A stretch of DNA of 63,803 bases, filler included, from Nemertoderma westbladi (lineage: Eukaryota > Animalia > Xenacoelomorpha): the NCBI GenBank assembly GCA_032718475.1. It is 3 parts of 3 records of this genome, joined end to end, with 100 filler letters (N's around TTAATTAATTAA, not from the genome) between each part and the next. Parts side by side here need not be neighbours in the genome. Positions count along the whole stretch, not along the records: positions 1 to 29,752 come from JAUCBJ010001328.1; positions 29,853 to 60,057 come from JAUCBJ010005356.1; 1 more part is not named here. One strand, given 5' to 3'. The position numbers and the translations under genes are program-made. The notes under the pieces are model-generated. The model was not told the origin of the DNA and searched no databases. It was given only the letters and a program-made list of their open reading frames with translations. Below are positions 23,796 through 35,966 of the stretch, one piece after another (within the stretch, counting starts at the first letter, position 1; the number at the start of each line of letters is the position of its first letter).

Positions 23796-25510
23796 TTAAA
23801 TGTGAGTCTTTAGATATCCTTTCCGTGTGAACAATTTTTCACAAGACCCGCAATTATACTTGACACCTTTATGAACTGATTCTTTGTGTTTCTTTACACT
23901 TCCCTTTTCAGAGAATCGTTTGTCACAAGAACCGCAATTATATTTGACTCCTTTATGAACTGATTGTATGTGGATCTTTAAATTTCCTTTGTTATTAAAT
24001 TGTTTATCACAAGATCCGCACTTATACTTGATACCGCTATGAACTGTTTTAATGTGAGTCTTTAGATTTCCTTTCCGTGTGAACAATTTATCACAAGAAC
24101 CGCAATTAAACTTGATCCCTTTATGAACTGAATCAAAGTGTATCTTTAGAAGTCGTTTGTCATTAAATAGTTTATCACATGAATCGCAATTAAACTTGAT
24201 CCCTTTATGAACTGATTCAAAGTGTATCTTTAGATATCCTTTGTCAATAAATTGTTTGTCACATGAACCGCAGTTATGCTTGACACCTTTATGAACTGAT
24301 TCTATGTGTCTCTTTAGATATCTTTTGTCATTAAATTGTTTGTCACAAGAGCCGCATTTATACTTGACAACATGATATGATTCCAAGTGCCTCTTTAGAT
24401 TTCCCTTTCCAGAGAATTGTTTGTCACAAGAACCGCAGTTATACTTGACACCTTTATGAACTGATTCTTTGAGTTTCTTTAGAATTCCTTTAGAACTCAA
24501 TTGTTTATTACACGAACCGTATCTAATCCTTGTACATTTATGAGCTATTTCACTTTGTTTTTTTAAATGTTTTCCTGTACCCGGTGCTATATCAACAGAT
24601 TTAGAAACTTCAAAAGTTAGTTCATTAGTACAAAACTCTTGTTTTACATCTCGAGATGTTTCTTCGGAAGTACCACAAATAGATTCCGATTTAAAACGAT
24701 AACGTTTATACCGCTGATTGTGTTGCCGATTTGAGTATCAACATATTGTTCATCTGTTCCAAACTCTTGTTTGATGTTTCGAGATGTTTCTTCGGAAGTA
24801 CCACAAATAGATTCCGATTTAAAACTGATAACGTTTATACCGCTGTTTGTTTTGCCTGTTTGATTATCAACATATTGTTCATCTGTTCCAAACTCTTGTT
24901 TGATTTTTCGAGTTGTTTCTTCGGAAGTACCACAAATAGATTCCGATTTAAAACTGATAACGTTTATACCGCTGTTTGTTTTGCCTGTTTGATTATCAAC
25001 ATATTGTTCATCTGTTCCAAACTCTTGTTTGATTTTTCGAGATGTTTCTTCGGCTCGGAAGTACCACAAATAGATTCCGATTTAAAACTGATAACGTTTA
25101 TACCGCTGTTTGTGTTGCCTGTTTGATTATCAACATATTGTTCATCTGTTCCAAACTCTTGTTTGATTTTTCGAGTTGTTTCTTCGGAAGTACCACAAAT
25201 AGATTCCGATTTAAAACTGATAACGTTTATACCGCTGTTTGTTTTGCCTGTTTGATTATCAACATATTGTTCATCTGTTCCAAACTCTTGTTTGATTTTT
25301 CGAGTTGTTTCTTCGGAAGTACCACAAATAGATTCCGATTTAAAACTAATAACGTTTATTCCGGTGTTTGTGTTGCCGACTTCTTTATTAACAGTTGGTG
25401 GAGCGACGCAGTTCTCTTGTTCCTCATCACCGGACTGAGAATCACTTTCATCTGCCATGATACGATCGAGTAAATCCCAAGCAGCGTTACTCAAAGTATT
25501 CGAGGACATG
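23796..25510 (-). pseudogene. Intronless C2H2 zinc-finger gene with a 43-aa repeat N-terminus; frameshifted (pseudogene or assembly errors)
   Basis: ATG at 25510 (MSSNTLSN..), 129-bp repeats, then 8 fingers of type CGSCDK.F..KG.LK.H.ESVHKGVKY. Frame breaks near 25055, 24697 and 24500; a stop falls in the last finger. Confidence 0.8.
24650..25375 (-). repeat. 129-bp coding tandem repeat, ~5.5 copies
   Basis: CTTCGGAAGTACCACAAATAG recurs at a 129-bp period, encoding SEETTRKIKQEFGTDEQYVDNQTGKTNSGINVISFKSESICGT. Confidence 0.9.
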
Positions 25511-25516
25511 TTTAAT

Positions 25517-28500
25517 ACTACTACTAGGATCGGCATGCTGCATTGCAGTTGCATCTTTAAGGAAGCTGTGCCGGCTTGTCGACAAAATTGCGCCGCCACA
25601 ACTCCCTATCACCCATGACATTTGCTAGATTATCCGCATCTTCAAGGCCAGTGTCCTTTAAGATCGCGTCTCAAGAAAGTCATGGGCTGTCCACCAGGCT
25701 TATTCACTCCATGAGGCTGCCAAAGTACAAGATTATGCACTGGCTGGTCCTCACGGCAAAAGCAATGTCCTGTAAAGCGGAGGCGATTTTGTTCTAGTGT
25801 CAAGCTTGGGGGAAACAATGAGATACCTCCAATGCTATATAGTGTCTGGTTGGAGATGTGTGCATTGTACTTGACACAATGAACCCGGCGTAGCATTCTT
25901 GTGAATGTGCCATCCAGAGATTTGGTGTCCTCAGCAGTTAGAGCCCAGCATGGACTCCCATAGAGGAGTTCTGGAACTGCTGCTGTTCTAAATAATCGGA
26001 TCTTAAGTTTCCGATTAATTCTCGGTGACTTCCAAATCCTGGAAAGCCTATTCAAAGCTGCCCATGCCTTTCCCTTACGTATTCGAAGGTCCTCACCTAA
26101 CTTCCGGATCCATGATCCCAGGTCACAGAAGTCGTCCACATGCTCAAGCATACAATCCTTTGAGCTTATGCTCAGCCGGTCAGAGACTTGATGAGGACTT
26201 TCAAAGTTAACTGTCAAAATTTTGGTCTTTCTGGAGTTAATAAAAAGACCAACACTAGAAGCAGCTTGTTCTAATGAGCCGAGGAGCCGTTGGGCTCCCT
26301 CTAGTGATTCTGAGAGTACTCCTAAGTCATCAGCAAAATCTAGATCAGTTAGGTACTTGGCAGGATTTCCTCGACTTCTGGAGCCAGTCGGTGGAGTTAT
26401 CATCACCCCATCATCATTATGATGATCTAAGGACATGCGTAGAACATAGTCAACCACAATTATGAACAAGAATGGTGCAAGTGTGTCTCCCTGGAGGACG
26501 CCCCATAACACTTCAAATGGTTCTGTGTCACCGTCAACAGTAGACACAAATGTTGTCGAACCATCGTATACTGATCTGATTGCTGCAATAATTTCATCAG
26601 GAATCCCATATAATGAAAGTATGCTGAACATACGTGAGCGAAAGACTGAATCAAAGGCCTTGAAGAAGTCAACAAAGATAACAGCCAGATGCCTCTTTTT
26701 TGATAACTCTTCAATTATCCTTCTAAGTGCCGAAATGGGCTCCATGGTCCCACGACCTTTACGGAACCCATTCTGATTTCCACGGAGCAGTCTCTCAATG
26801 GGATCCCTGATGCGATTTAATAGAATTCTATTGTATAGCTTTGCAGCAATCGAGATCAATGAAATTCCCCGAAAAGAACCATAGAGTGTTGGTTGCCCTT
26901 CTTGGGAACTGGCACCAACTTATTTGTTTTCATTTCTTGTGGGACTCTTGTTGTTCGGTACATGTCTACTATGATGGGATAGATGAGCTTTAAGCACTCA
27001 GGTATTTTAAAGACCTCAGGGGGAACACCATCTACTCCACTGGCACGATTGGTCTTAATGCTCTTTGCAGCAGCCTTCACTTCTGCAAAGGAGATATCGC
27101 CAATGGGAATATCTGGGAGTACAGTTATCAGGCAATACCCTGTCATTATTGAGGAGCTTTTCAAAGTGGGCCTTCCAACCATTGATGCGATCGGCTGGTG
27201 ATTCAGCCTCAACCTTTGTGATTGGTTGGCTTTTCTGCCCAGTATGTAAGTTGATCGATTTCCATGCCTGGGATGATTGCCTGCTGTTATCAGCATCATT
27301 GATGGCATCAACCTGTTGGTTTATTAGCTCCTGTAAATTAACAGAGTACTGCCTGTTCAGGGACCTAGATGCAGCCTTAATGCATTCTTGGCTGCTGTAG
27401 TCTGTTTGAGTCGGGACTCTTTCTTCGCCTTGTGGAGGTCATTTCGGCACTTCTGAATTTTGTTGTTCTTTTCCTGTTTCCAGGGTATACAGGAACTGTT
27501 TCTGCAGCTGCTAACTTAACTGCTTCTGTGAAGGCAGTATAGCACTCGCAGTGATCTACCGCCTGAGAGGCAAGAATCTCATACCTGTTGCTCAGCTGTA
27601 GTGTGAAGCTGGATCTCACACTTGGCTGTTGCAACAGAGAGGACCAGTCATGCCCCGGCAAGGCAGATTTCGTTGTTCTGCTAGCACGCAGACTAAGTCT
27701 TACCTTGGCCACAATAAGGCGGTGATCACTGGAGAAGGGTCGAAGTGTAAATGCATTACAGTCTTGTATAGACTATGGTCTATCTATGTATAGAATATGG
27801 TCTATCTGGGACTTGTGACCACTGTGTTCGCGCTTTCAGACCTTTAGCAGTTTAACCTGCCAAATTTGGGTGTCTTCTAGATTATAAATCGACTTTAGCC
27901 TATGACGAGTATTTGATACACTACATTAGCCGAAGCCAGTCTATGCGCGACCATTCACCCGCTGGATATACCCGGGAGACTGGATTCGGAAGCCTAACCT
28001 TATTGCGGTGTAGGCCTACTGTATTATTCGAATGATCGTAATATATAATCTCTGACAAATATTATTCACTTTCGGGAAATATTAACAGTTCCTTTAGGAC
28101 GTGGCGCTCTAAATATGTAAACAGAGTTATGACTTACACTAGACACAACGGGATGGCTATGGATTCACGTATATAGCGCATTCTTTAGGAGATGCTTTGT
28201 TTTCAGTCACAATCATATACACTACCGCACAATGCTGCACACCGATCTGCCGACCTTCACTAATTTTAGTCACATATAAAGAGAACAACAACCGGCTCAT
28301 GTAGTGCCTATGAAATAGCATTAGATTCACTCCAAAACCACTTTAATGTAAGTCGCAATTGTTATATGTAACCGGTCTCTCTAACCTTCAGTATATCAAG
28401 AAGATTGGGGTTTCTGATTATTGATCGATATTATCCAAATATAACAATATTCCATCAACTGATATACAAGTATGACAGTAAATAGCAGTAAAAATGCGGT

Positions 28501-29160
28501 GTTTGTAGTTGACAATATGATTAGGTGAGTTATGTTTTGGTTTGTTAAGGTATGAATTGTTATGAATTGAATTGAATTGATAACAGATATACGTTTCTAT
28601 GATTAGGCCTACTAATGTTGGGCTAAAGCCTGAAAACACAGAGATTCCAAAGCCGGTCTTCTGGGCTCAGGAAAAAAGGTAAACATTGACCCATAATGCA
28701 TTGCGCGATTTCCCGGAGGTTTCTGTACAAAAAGCAGGAGAATCGCTCTGATTGGTTGACCGAACAAAGAAACAACAGAGAACAAGGAAAAAGCTACACG
28801 TGTACAGATCAGCTGTTAGCTGTCGTCATAGTAACTACACTGTTTCAAGAGGATTTAGCGTATTGCGACATAGAATTGCTAGTTATGTCCGCTAAAGTAC
28901 ACATACAGAAGAAATGGCTTTTTATGTCCACTAAAACACCAGTACAGTAAGGAAACGGCTTTTGATGTCCGTTAAAACACCTACAGAGTACTTTGCGGTA
29001 AAAATAACCGGCTAATTCCGCAAAAGCTTTTACACACTGGGTCCACTTATGAGTCCATAGCTTTCCAAATCGCTTCTTGAACTGGGTTCCGGCCGAAAAC
29101 AATCCATTTCCAGAGATAAAATCTTGAAGATGGACGGAATTTCGGTTAACATTATTGCTA
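25517..29160 (-). mobile_element. RTE LINE copy (tail at ~25517) interrupted by a solo LTR; the EN part resumes at 29035-29160
   Basis: RT ORF 25642-26859, TACTACTACTAG tail. The RTE sequence ACTTGTGACCACTG|GGTCCACT is split by the LTR. Confidence 0.9.
27825..29034 (-). mobile_element. Solo LTR (1210 bp) with a 5-bp TSD CACTG, probably BEL/Pao family
   Basis: TGTTCGCGCTTT...AAAAGCTTTTACA termini; CACTG at 27820-27824 and 29035-29039; homologous to 45495-46657 and 56548-57763. Confidence 0.92.
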
Positions 29161-29752
29161 ATATAGTGTCTGGTTGGAGATGTGTGCATTGTACTTGACA
29201 CAATGAACCCGGCGTAGCATTCTTGTGAATGTGCCATCCAGAGATTTGGTGTCCTCAGCAGTTAGAGCCCAGCATGGACTCCCATAGAGGAGTACTGGAA
29301 CTACTGCTGCTCTAAATAATCGGACCTTAAGTTTCCGATTAATTCTCGGTGACTTCCAAATCCTGGAAAGCCTATTCAAGGCTGCCCATGCCTTTCCCTT
29401 ACGTATTCGAAGGTCCTCACCTGACTTCCGGATCCATGATCCCAGGTAACAGAAGTCGTCCACATGCTCAAGCATACCATCCTTTGAGCTTATGCTCATC
29501 CGATCAGAGACTTGCTGAGGACTTTCAAAGTTAACGGTCAGAATTTTGGTCTTTCTGGAGTTAATAAAAAGACCAACACTAGAAGCAGCATGTTCTAATG
29601 AGCTGAGGAGCCGTTGGGCTCCCTCTAATGATTCTGAGAGTACTCCTAAGTCATCAGCAAAGTCTAGATCAGTTAGGTACTTGGCAGGATTTCCTCGACT
29701 TCTGGAGCCAGTAGGTGGAGTTATCATCACCCCATCATCATTATGATGATCT
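29160..29752 (-). mobile_element. RTE RT fragment abutting the assembly gap
   Basis: LDFADD..FCYLGS..HISNQTLY, near-identical to 18250-18845. Confidence 0.9.
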
Positions 29753-29852
29753 NNNNNNNNNNNNNNNNNNNNNNNNNNNNNNNNNNNNNNNNNNNNTTAA
29801 TTAATTAANNNNNNNNNNNNNNNNNNNNNNNNNNNNNNNNNNNNNNNNNNNN
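29753..29852. other. Scaffold gap with an artificial TTAATTAATTAA linker
   Basis: N-run surrounding a six-frame stop linker; the same structure occurs at 60058-60157. Confidence 0.95.
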
Positions 29853-30077
29853 AATCAATCGAATAATACAGTAGGCTTGACCGCAAATAAATTTAAGCCC
29901 ACGAATCCAGTCTCCCGGTGTTATAAACGGGTCATTTGGACGCGCATGGACTGGCTTCGGCTAATGTTTTTGGTTTGTTTTGTATTAAATCTTATCATCT
30001 TACAAAAGGCAGATTATCAATAAAGACATATAAATTTCGGCAGGTTAAACTGCTGAAGGTCTATAAAAGCGCGTACA
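29853..30077 (+). mobile_element. 3' part of an LTR of the same family
   Basis: CGAATAATACAGTAGGC..GACTGGCTTCGGCTAATG..GGCAGGTTAAACTG..AAAAGCGCGTACA. Confidence 0.85.
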
Positions 30078-30779
30078 GCCCGCTTGGGGACAAGTAGGAG
30101 CATCACTTCACCACTGGTGTTAGTATATATTAGGAGGGTGTGGGCTTAGATGGGATTGGCATATTTGGCTAAGAACACCGAACGCGCTCCCGTGAAATGG
30201 AGGGTTGTCGGCTTCTTCCCTCCAAGGTCACAAGCGTACAAACGTATTTCATCCCAACACTCAATGTTAGACCAGGGATATGTGGCAGGATATAAGGCGC
30301 TTGTGATTGCGTATGAACTCGTCGCACCTCCTACCGAGCTCATAGGGCGATGTGAGGCTCTGCTGGTTGGCCACTCGCATCTTTAATGCCGTATTTCGTA
30401 TGAATGAATGAATAATTCGTTTAATTTCCTGTACATATGGAGGAATGTAAATAGGAAAATTACCGTTAATCACAAACACAGATTACATAAAGCTTTATAA
30501 TTACAGAAATAATACGTTAAAATTACTTTAAAAAGTATGATAAATTCCCCCCCCCCCCCCCCCCCCCGGTAGCTAAAAATTGAATATTTCCAGTAAAAAT
30601 AAATAAAACTTTAAACCGTATATGTCACTTGTTAGCTGAGATTAGCAACTTAATAAAAATTAAAATCCGGCTAAGTAAAATAATAAATTAATAAATAAAA
30701 ATTGAAAATACGTTGACAATTGAACGATAAGCCTACAAACTAGATAAGTGAAATAAAATTAAATTAAATTAAAAATAAC

Positions 30780-32430
30780 GTGCCAATATTTAAGAATTGT
30801 AGATAAAACTATACATAAATAAAATATCATTGCATGAAAATCGGTATCTCATTGTTTATTATATATCTAATAGCACTTGGACCGAAAGAGTTTTGAAACA
30901 TCTTGGTCCGTTTATCAGTCATTCTGTAATTATTGCGAGTTGCGGTGGAGTTTGATCGGCAACCAATAATGAAAGCGTGTAGAGGATGACTCGGCGTGTC
31001 CACATTCTTCTTTACCATGTTGGTGAACTGTTTGGAAAACGCATCGTTTATAATGTTCATGTAAACATGTTTTTCAATTTTTGAGTGTTTGGCAAACAGC
31101 GACAGTGGCCTCTTTAACTTCTTTTTGAGATTCTTTGGAATGAGGGGGACCCACGCAACCGCACAGTACATATATTGTGGTACAATGTAAGTTTCAAAGA
31201 GAAATATTTTTGTATCTTTATTTGCAAACCGGATGAAAAAACTGAATCGGCGAACTATGTAATTTACCCTTTTTATAAGTTTAAATATATGAGTTTTCCA
31301 TGATAGATTATTTGCAATCCATATTCCAAGATGTTTCACTTCGGACGGACGCGGAACCTCGTCACCATCTATGTAGATTATTTCTTCTGCGATATCTAGA
31401 ACTTTCTGTTCTTTAAAGTTCATTGGAATGAAACATAGTTCTTCAGATTTCTTTGCGTTTATCTTTAAGTTTTTTCCATGTGATAGCTCAACAATTCGCT
31501 GTATGTTAGACTTATATTTGTCATTTTCTGCGGAATGCCTTATCGCCTGTAGATTTCTTGAGTCATCAGAATATTTTGCTAGGGATCCATCGTCAGCTCG
31601 AATTTCATCAGTGTCTTTGGTAAACAAAGGTCCACTAAGAGGACCCCCTTTGGGAAAACCAACTTTCAGTGAAATAGAGGAAGATATGTTTTTTCCAGAT
31701 TTAACCGATTGAGAGAAACCACTCATGTATGAGTGAAGCCAGCTGGCCAACCAACGCATCTCTATTGGTAATTCGTCTAAAAGTCTGTTTAAAAACTTGT
31801 TTTGTAACACTGTGTTAAAAGCAGATGAGTAGTCTATGAATAAACATTTTACAATTGTGTGTCTTTCATCTAACGCTTTTGTAATCTGATGAAGGAGGTA
31901 TAAGATCGCATCAGCTGTAGAATAACCTTTTTTGTATGCAAATTGAAAAATATCATCAGTGGATTTACTTGCATTACGAAATATATCTAGAGCCAATCTG
32001 TCTAAACACCTAGAACTCAAAGGAGTAACACATACTGGTCTGAAGCTGGTTTTTTCAGAAAATGATGAATCACATCTTTTAGGTAAGGCAGCTGTCAAAG
32101 ACGAATTCCAACATTGCGGGTATTTTTGTTGATGGAAACTATCTCTGAATAGTGAAGCATAAGGTATAGAAAGTTCTTTTGCAAAGGTTTTATAGCAAAT
32201 TGCAGAAACAATGCTACTACTGTACCTTGGGCTGTATTCGGTTTCAATTTACGTATTAATTTCTCAACCACAATCGGATCAACATGAATATCATTATCAT
32301 AGGTGGTACCATTATATATAGGCTCATCCTTATTCACATCCTCGTTAAATCTAGTGAAGAAATTATTAAGACTCTCGACTTCATTTTCATCAAATTTATG
32401 AACTTGGTGTTTTTTCCTTATACAGGTATC
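30780..32430 (-). mobile_element. Rex1/Babar-like LINE reverse transcriptase, frameshifted
   Basis: FRPVCVTP, QFAYKKGYSTADA, LFIDYSSAFNT, GFPKGGPLSGPLF, KYSDD, KHLGIWI; A-rich 3' region. Confidence 0.8.
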
Positions 32431-32599
32431 AGATAGTTTGTACAGAATCTAAGAGCGCGTTTACGAAATGACTGAGTATTAGCAGCAGAAACTTTTACTT
32501 TCTCGCCCGTCTCGGTCTCATAAGTAGCGATACCCACCCATAAGATTGAAATCCATAATTTGGGACGTATCAACAGGCGCATTGATATCTCGGAGGTTT

Positions 32600-33310
32600 T
32601 TAAACTGTGTTAATACACCCTCCTTTACAACAGTCCACCAAGGTTCCTCATTGCTACCACCACCCAACAGTCTCCGTTAAACCTGGTTGCGGGGTTGATA
32701 ATGTTTTGCACTTTGGATGGTTGAAGAAGGTCCAGGGTGACTGGAAGGAAGAGCCATCCGTGGCTTATTCGCTAAGAGGTGGATATTAGATAGAATCCGC
32801 CGGGCCTTTTCGGGGCGAAATGTTTGTTTCGTTGCGAATCCGGTCCAAAACAGTTTTCCTAATACGGCCAGGCCCGTGGACCATCGGGACACCCACACTC
32901 CTTGAGAATCTTCAACACCCTCCTTTTCATCTTAACCGGCACAGAGCGGCGTATCTGTGGAACGCGAAGAGGAGGTGATACAGGTGGGTGTGGGTGGACT
33001 GCAACATATCTTGGAATGTTTTCGTAGATTACTTGCATCACGAGTGGAATAGGCTATTTACAACCAGTAAATTTACAGTTGTATATGATGTTTGTTGCAA
33101 GACGTTGACGCTTGAGATGGATTTCTTTTTGATGCCGCATCAAGTTTGCAGCATCAACAAACTCCTTCTTGCAGGTAGGACACGACTTCAGAGAACTACG
33201 ATCGTTACAAGTATGTTTCTTTCGCGCCTTTGCGTTCGTAAAGTAAAGATGACACTTGCTGTACTTCCACGCCTTGCAGAAGCTTCTTCTTTTTAGCTTT
33301 ACCAAACATC
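32600..33310 (-). pseudogene. Decayed ORF with a C2H2 finger upstream of the Rex1-like RT; possibly the 5' part of the same LINE
   Basis: CPTCKKEFVDAANLMRHQKEIH; several stops; same strand as the RT. Confidence 0.4.
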
Positions 33311-34822
33311 TCTATACCAGTAATATAATACTGTAATATAATCATATAATATACAACCAATACAACAATAGGCTAAGTTCAAATTAAAATGTAAATGCTA
33401 CGCAGTCAACCGAATGACAAAAAAATATGCTACAGTTTAGTAATAAATAAAGTCAGTTTCAGATCAGTTTCTCGTATTGAAGTTTCAATTATCCCGCAGT
33501 AACGGTACCGGTAGGCCTACGGTACAAACTGTTTGTATGTACTGACCGAAACTGAAAGTTTGTTAAAATATTTGATGCAGATGTACCGGAACCGGTCGTG
33601 AATAATAATTCAGTTTATATTCGCCATTACCGGTATTTACTTAAAATTAATGATAATTTACAATAAATAATTAATCAATTGTATTTATTTTATTTTTAGA
33701 GCTTTAGCATAGCATACTCTTAGTGCGGGCCATTGACGTACTTCCCGGTTCAATGATTTAATCATTGGTTCAATCAATTGGTTCCCAATAAAAAGACAAA
33801 TTTATCATAGTTTTAAGAAGGCGCAGAGGAAATTGAAATCATAAGTTTCGAAAATTCATTTTAAAAAACAATAACTTTTGTTGAAATTTCATGAGTACAA
33901 AAAAACGATCGATCTTTGGATCCCACTCAATAATATGTGAAATATTTTATTAACATATAAATAATTTAAATACATTAATTTTTAAATAAGGTAAATGTGA
34001 AAAAAAAGGAGCGCCGGTGCTGTCTATCAAGATAAAATGAAAAATTTCAAATAATTCTCGAATTATTTCTCGAATATTTCTGACTGAAATCAGAACAGTT
34101 GAAACAGAGAGGATCTAAGGCCAGAAGGATGTGGATTAATTTTGGCCAAAAATGCTTAGATTTAGAGCGAAAAAGGCCCCAAAACGGTACTTTTGGGCTT
34201 TATTGTGTAAAAAATGGCCGCAGGTCTATTTGAATAAAAATTGCTCGTTGGCAATGGATGTAAGCTGGAACGGTAGCGACAGGGTATTCTGCTTACCCCG
34301 CGGTTCAGACAGTCAGATGGTTCTGCCACCACGAAACGGCCCGGCCCAGTATGATGAAAATCCTGGAGATTAGATGCAGCGACAATATTCTGTAGTCTGA
34401 GACGTAATTCTAACCAAAACAATAAACGGATCTCAATATAACAGGTTTATGTTTTATTTTTGAGAGTACTGTAATCAGCTGTTATTTGCGTCAATTTTCC
34501 CCTCGAGAAGGATCAATTTTCGAATGCGTCGAAAATCCCCCCCCCCCCCCCTCTCCCTATCTGGCATCATATCATATCGACCTAAACTAACAGTAAGTTT
34601 CTTTCACTTTGAGAATAATTTTCACTATCACTTGCATTTGCCTATTATTATTATGACTTGATGCGAATGGATGGTGACGAACATATTCCTACTACTGTAT
34701 TAAAAGGAAAAATTGCCCGAATGTGGTTTGTGAAGAGACATACATGCGTAGTATATGGAGCAAAGAAAGATGAGTCATTAAGAATTGCTTCAGTTGACGG
34801 AATATTAAAATTAAAAGTGTCA

Positions 34823-35600
34823 GCACTACTACTACTAGTACTTAACTTGTACTATCGGCATGCTACATCGTAGCTGCATTATATATATTACATATATATT
34901 TAGAATGCTGTGTCGGCTTGTCAACAAATATGCGCTGCCACAACTCTCTGACACCCATGACAATTTCTAGATAATTCACATCTTCAAGGCCAGTGTCCTC
35001 TAAGAGGCGTCTCAAGAAAGTTGTCCGTCATGCCTATTCACTTCATGAGGTAGCCAAAGTACAAGATTATGCACTGGTTAGTCCTCACGCACAAAGCAAT
35101 GTCCTGCAAAGCGGAGGCGGCTCCTTTCAATTGTCAAGCTAGGGGAGACTAATGAAACAGCTCCAATGTTGTATAGAGTCTGGTTGGAGATGTGTTTTAT
35201 GTACATGACACAAAGTAACCCGGCGCAGATATTTGGTATCCTCTGTAGTTAGAGCCCAGCATGGACTTGTTACTGCTGCCAGAAATAATCGAACCTTGAG
35301 CTACCGTTTTTATTCTATGGGACTTCCAAATCCTGGATAGACTATTCAATTCGCCCATGGCTTTCCCTTACCTATTTATTCACCTGAGTTCCAGTTCCAT
35401 GATCCCAGGTAACAAGAAGTCATCCACATGCTCAAGCAATCCATTTCTGGAGCTTATTCCCTTACGATCAGACATTTCTTGAGGGCTGTCAAGTTTCACT
35501 ACCATCACCCCATCTTTATAAAGATGGTCTAAGGACATGCGTAGAACATAATCAACCACAATGAAGTGTGCAAGTGTGTTACCCTGAAGAATCCCGCATA
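34823..35600 (-). mobile_element. Older, diverged RTE 3' fragment
   Basis: ACTACTACTAG tail, TCTTCAAGGCCAGTGTCC, AGTTAGAGCCCAGCATGGACT, CATGATCCCAGGTAAC, with many indels. Confidence 0.8.
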
Positions 35601-35699
35601 AGAAGCTACGCGGACCTAAAAATACTTACCTATTATATAGAGATTTATATGATTTTCTAAGTGCAATAATACAAAAATACAATCCATGTTTTTTTTTAA

Positions 35700-35871
35700 C
35701 AAATCTTAGATAAAATACGATACGAAAAAAAGACGCATTTCGTATCATATCTGGAATTTTTCGTATCGTATCGCATTTTCTCATAATTGCATTCGTATCG
35801 TATCGTATGGTGAAAAATTGGTTCGTATCGTATCGCATTTTCGTATCGCTTCATATCGTATCATGTCCCTG
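35700..35871. mobile_element. hAT-type MITE end with (GATAC/GTATC)n subterminal repeats
   Basis: CGTATCGTATC arrays ending in ...CATGTCCCTG (CAGGG terminus on the - strand). Confidence 0.5.
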
Positions 35872-35966
35872 CCCATCACCCCCCCCCCCCCCCCCTCATA
35901 AATTGGCGCATTATATACATTTAGATATTGTTAGATATTGTAGATTTAGATACTTTATAACCAGAG

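Noticed and set aside
29753-29852. TTAATTAATTAA palindrome within Ns (also 60058-60157)
   Set aside because: Artificial scaffolding linker; contiguity across the gaps is uncertain.
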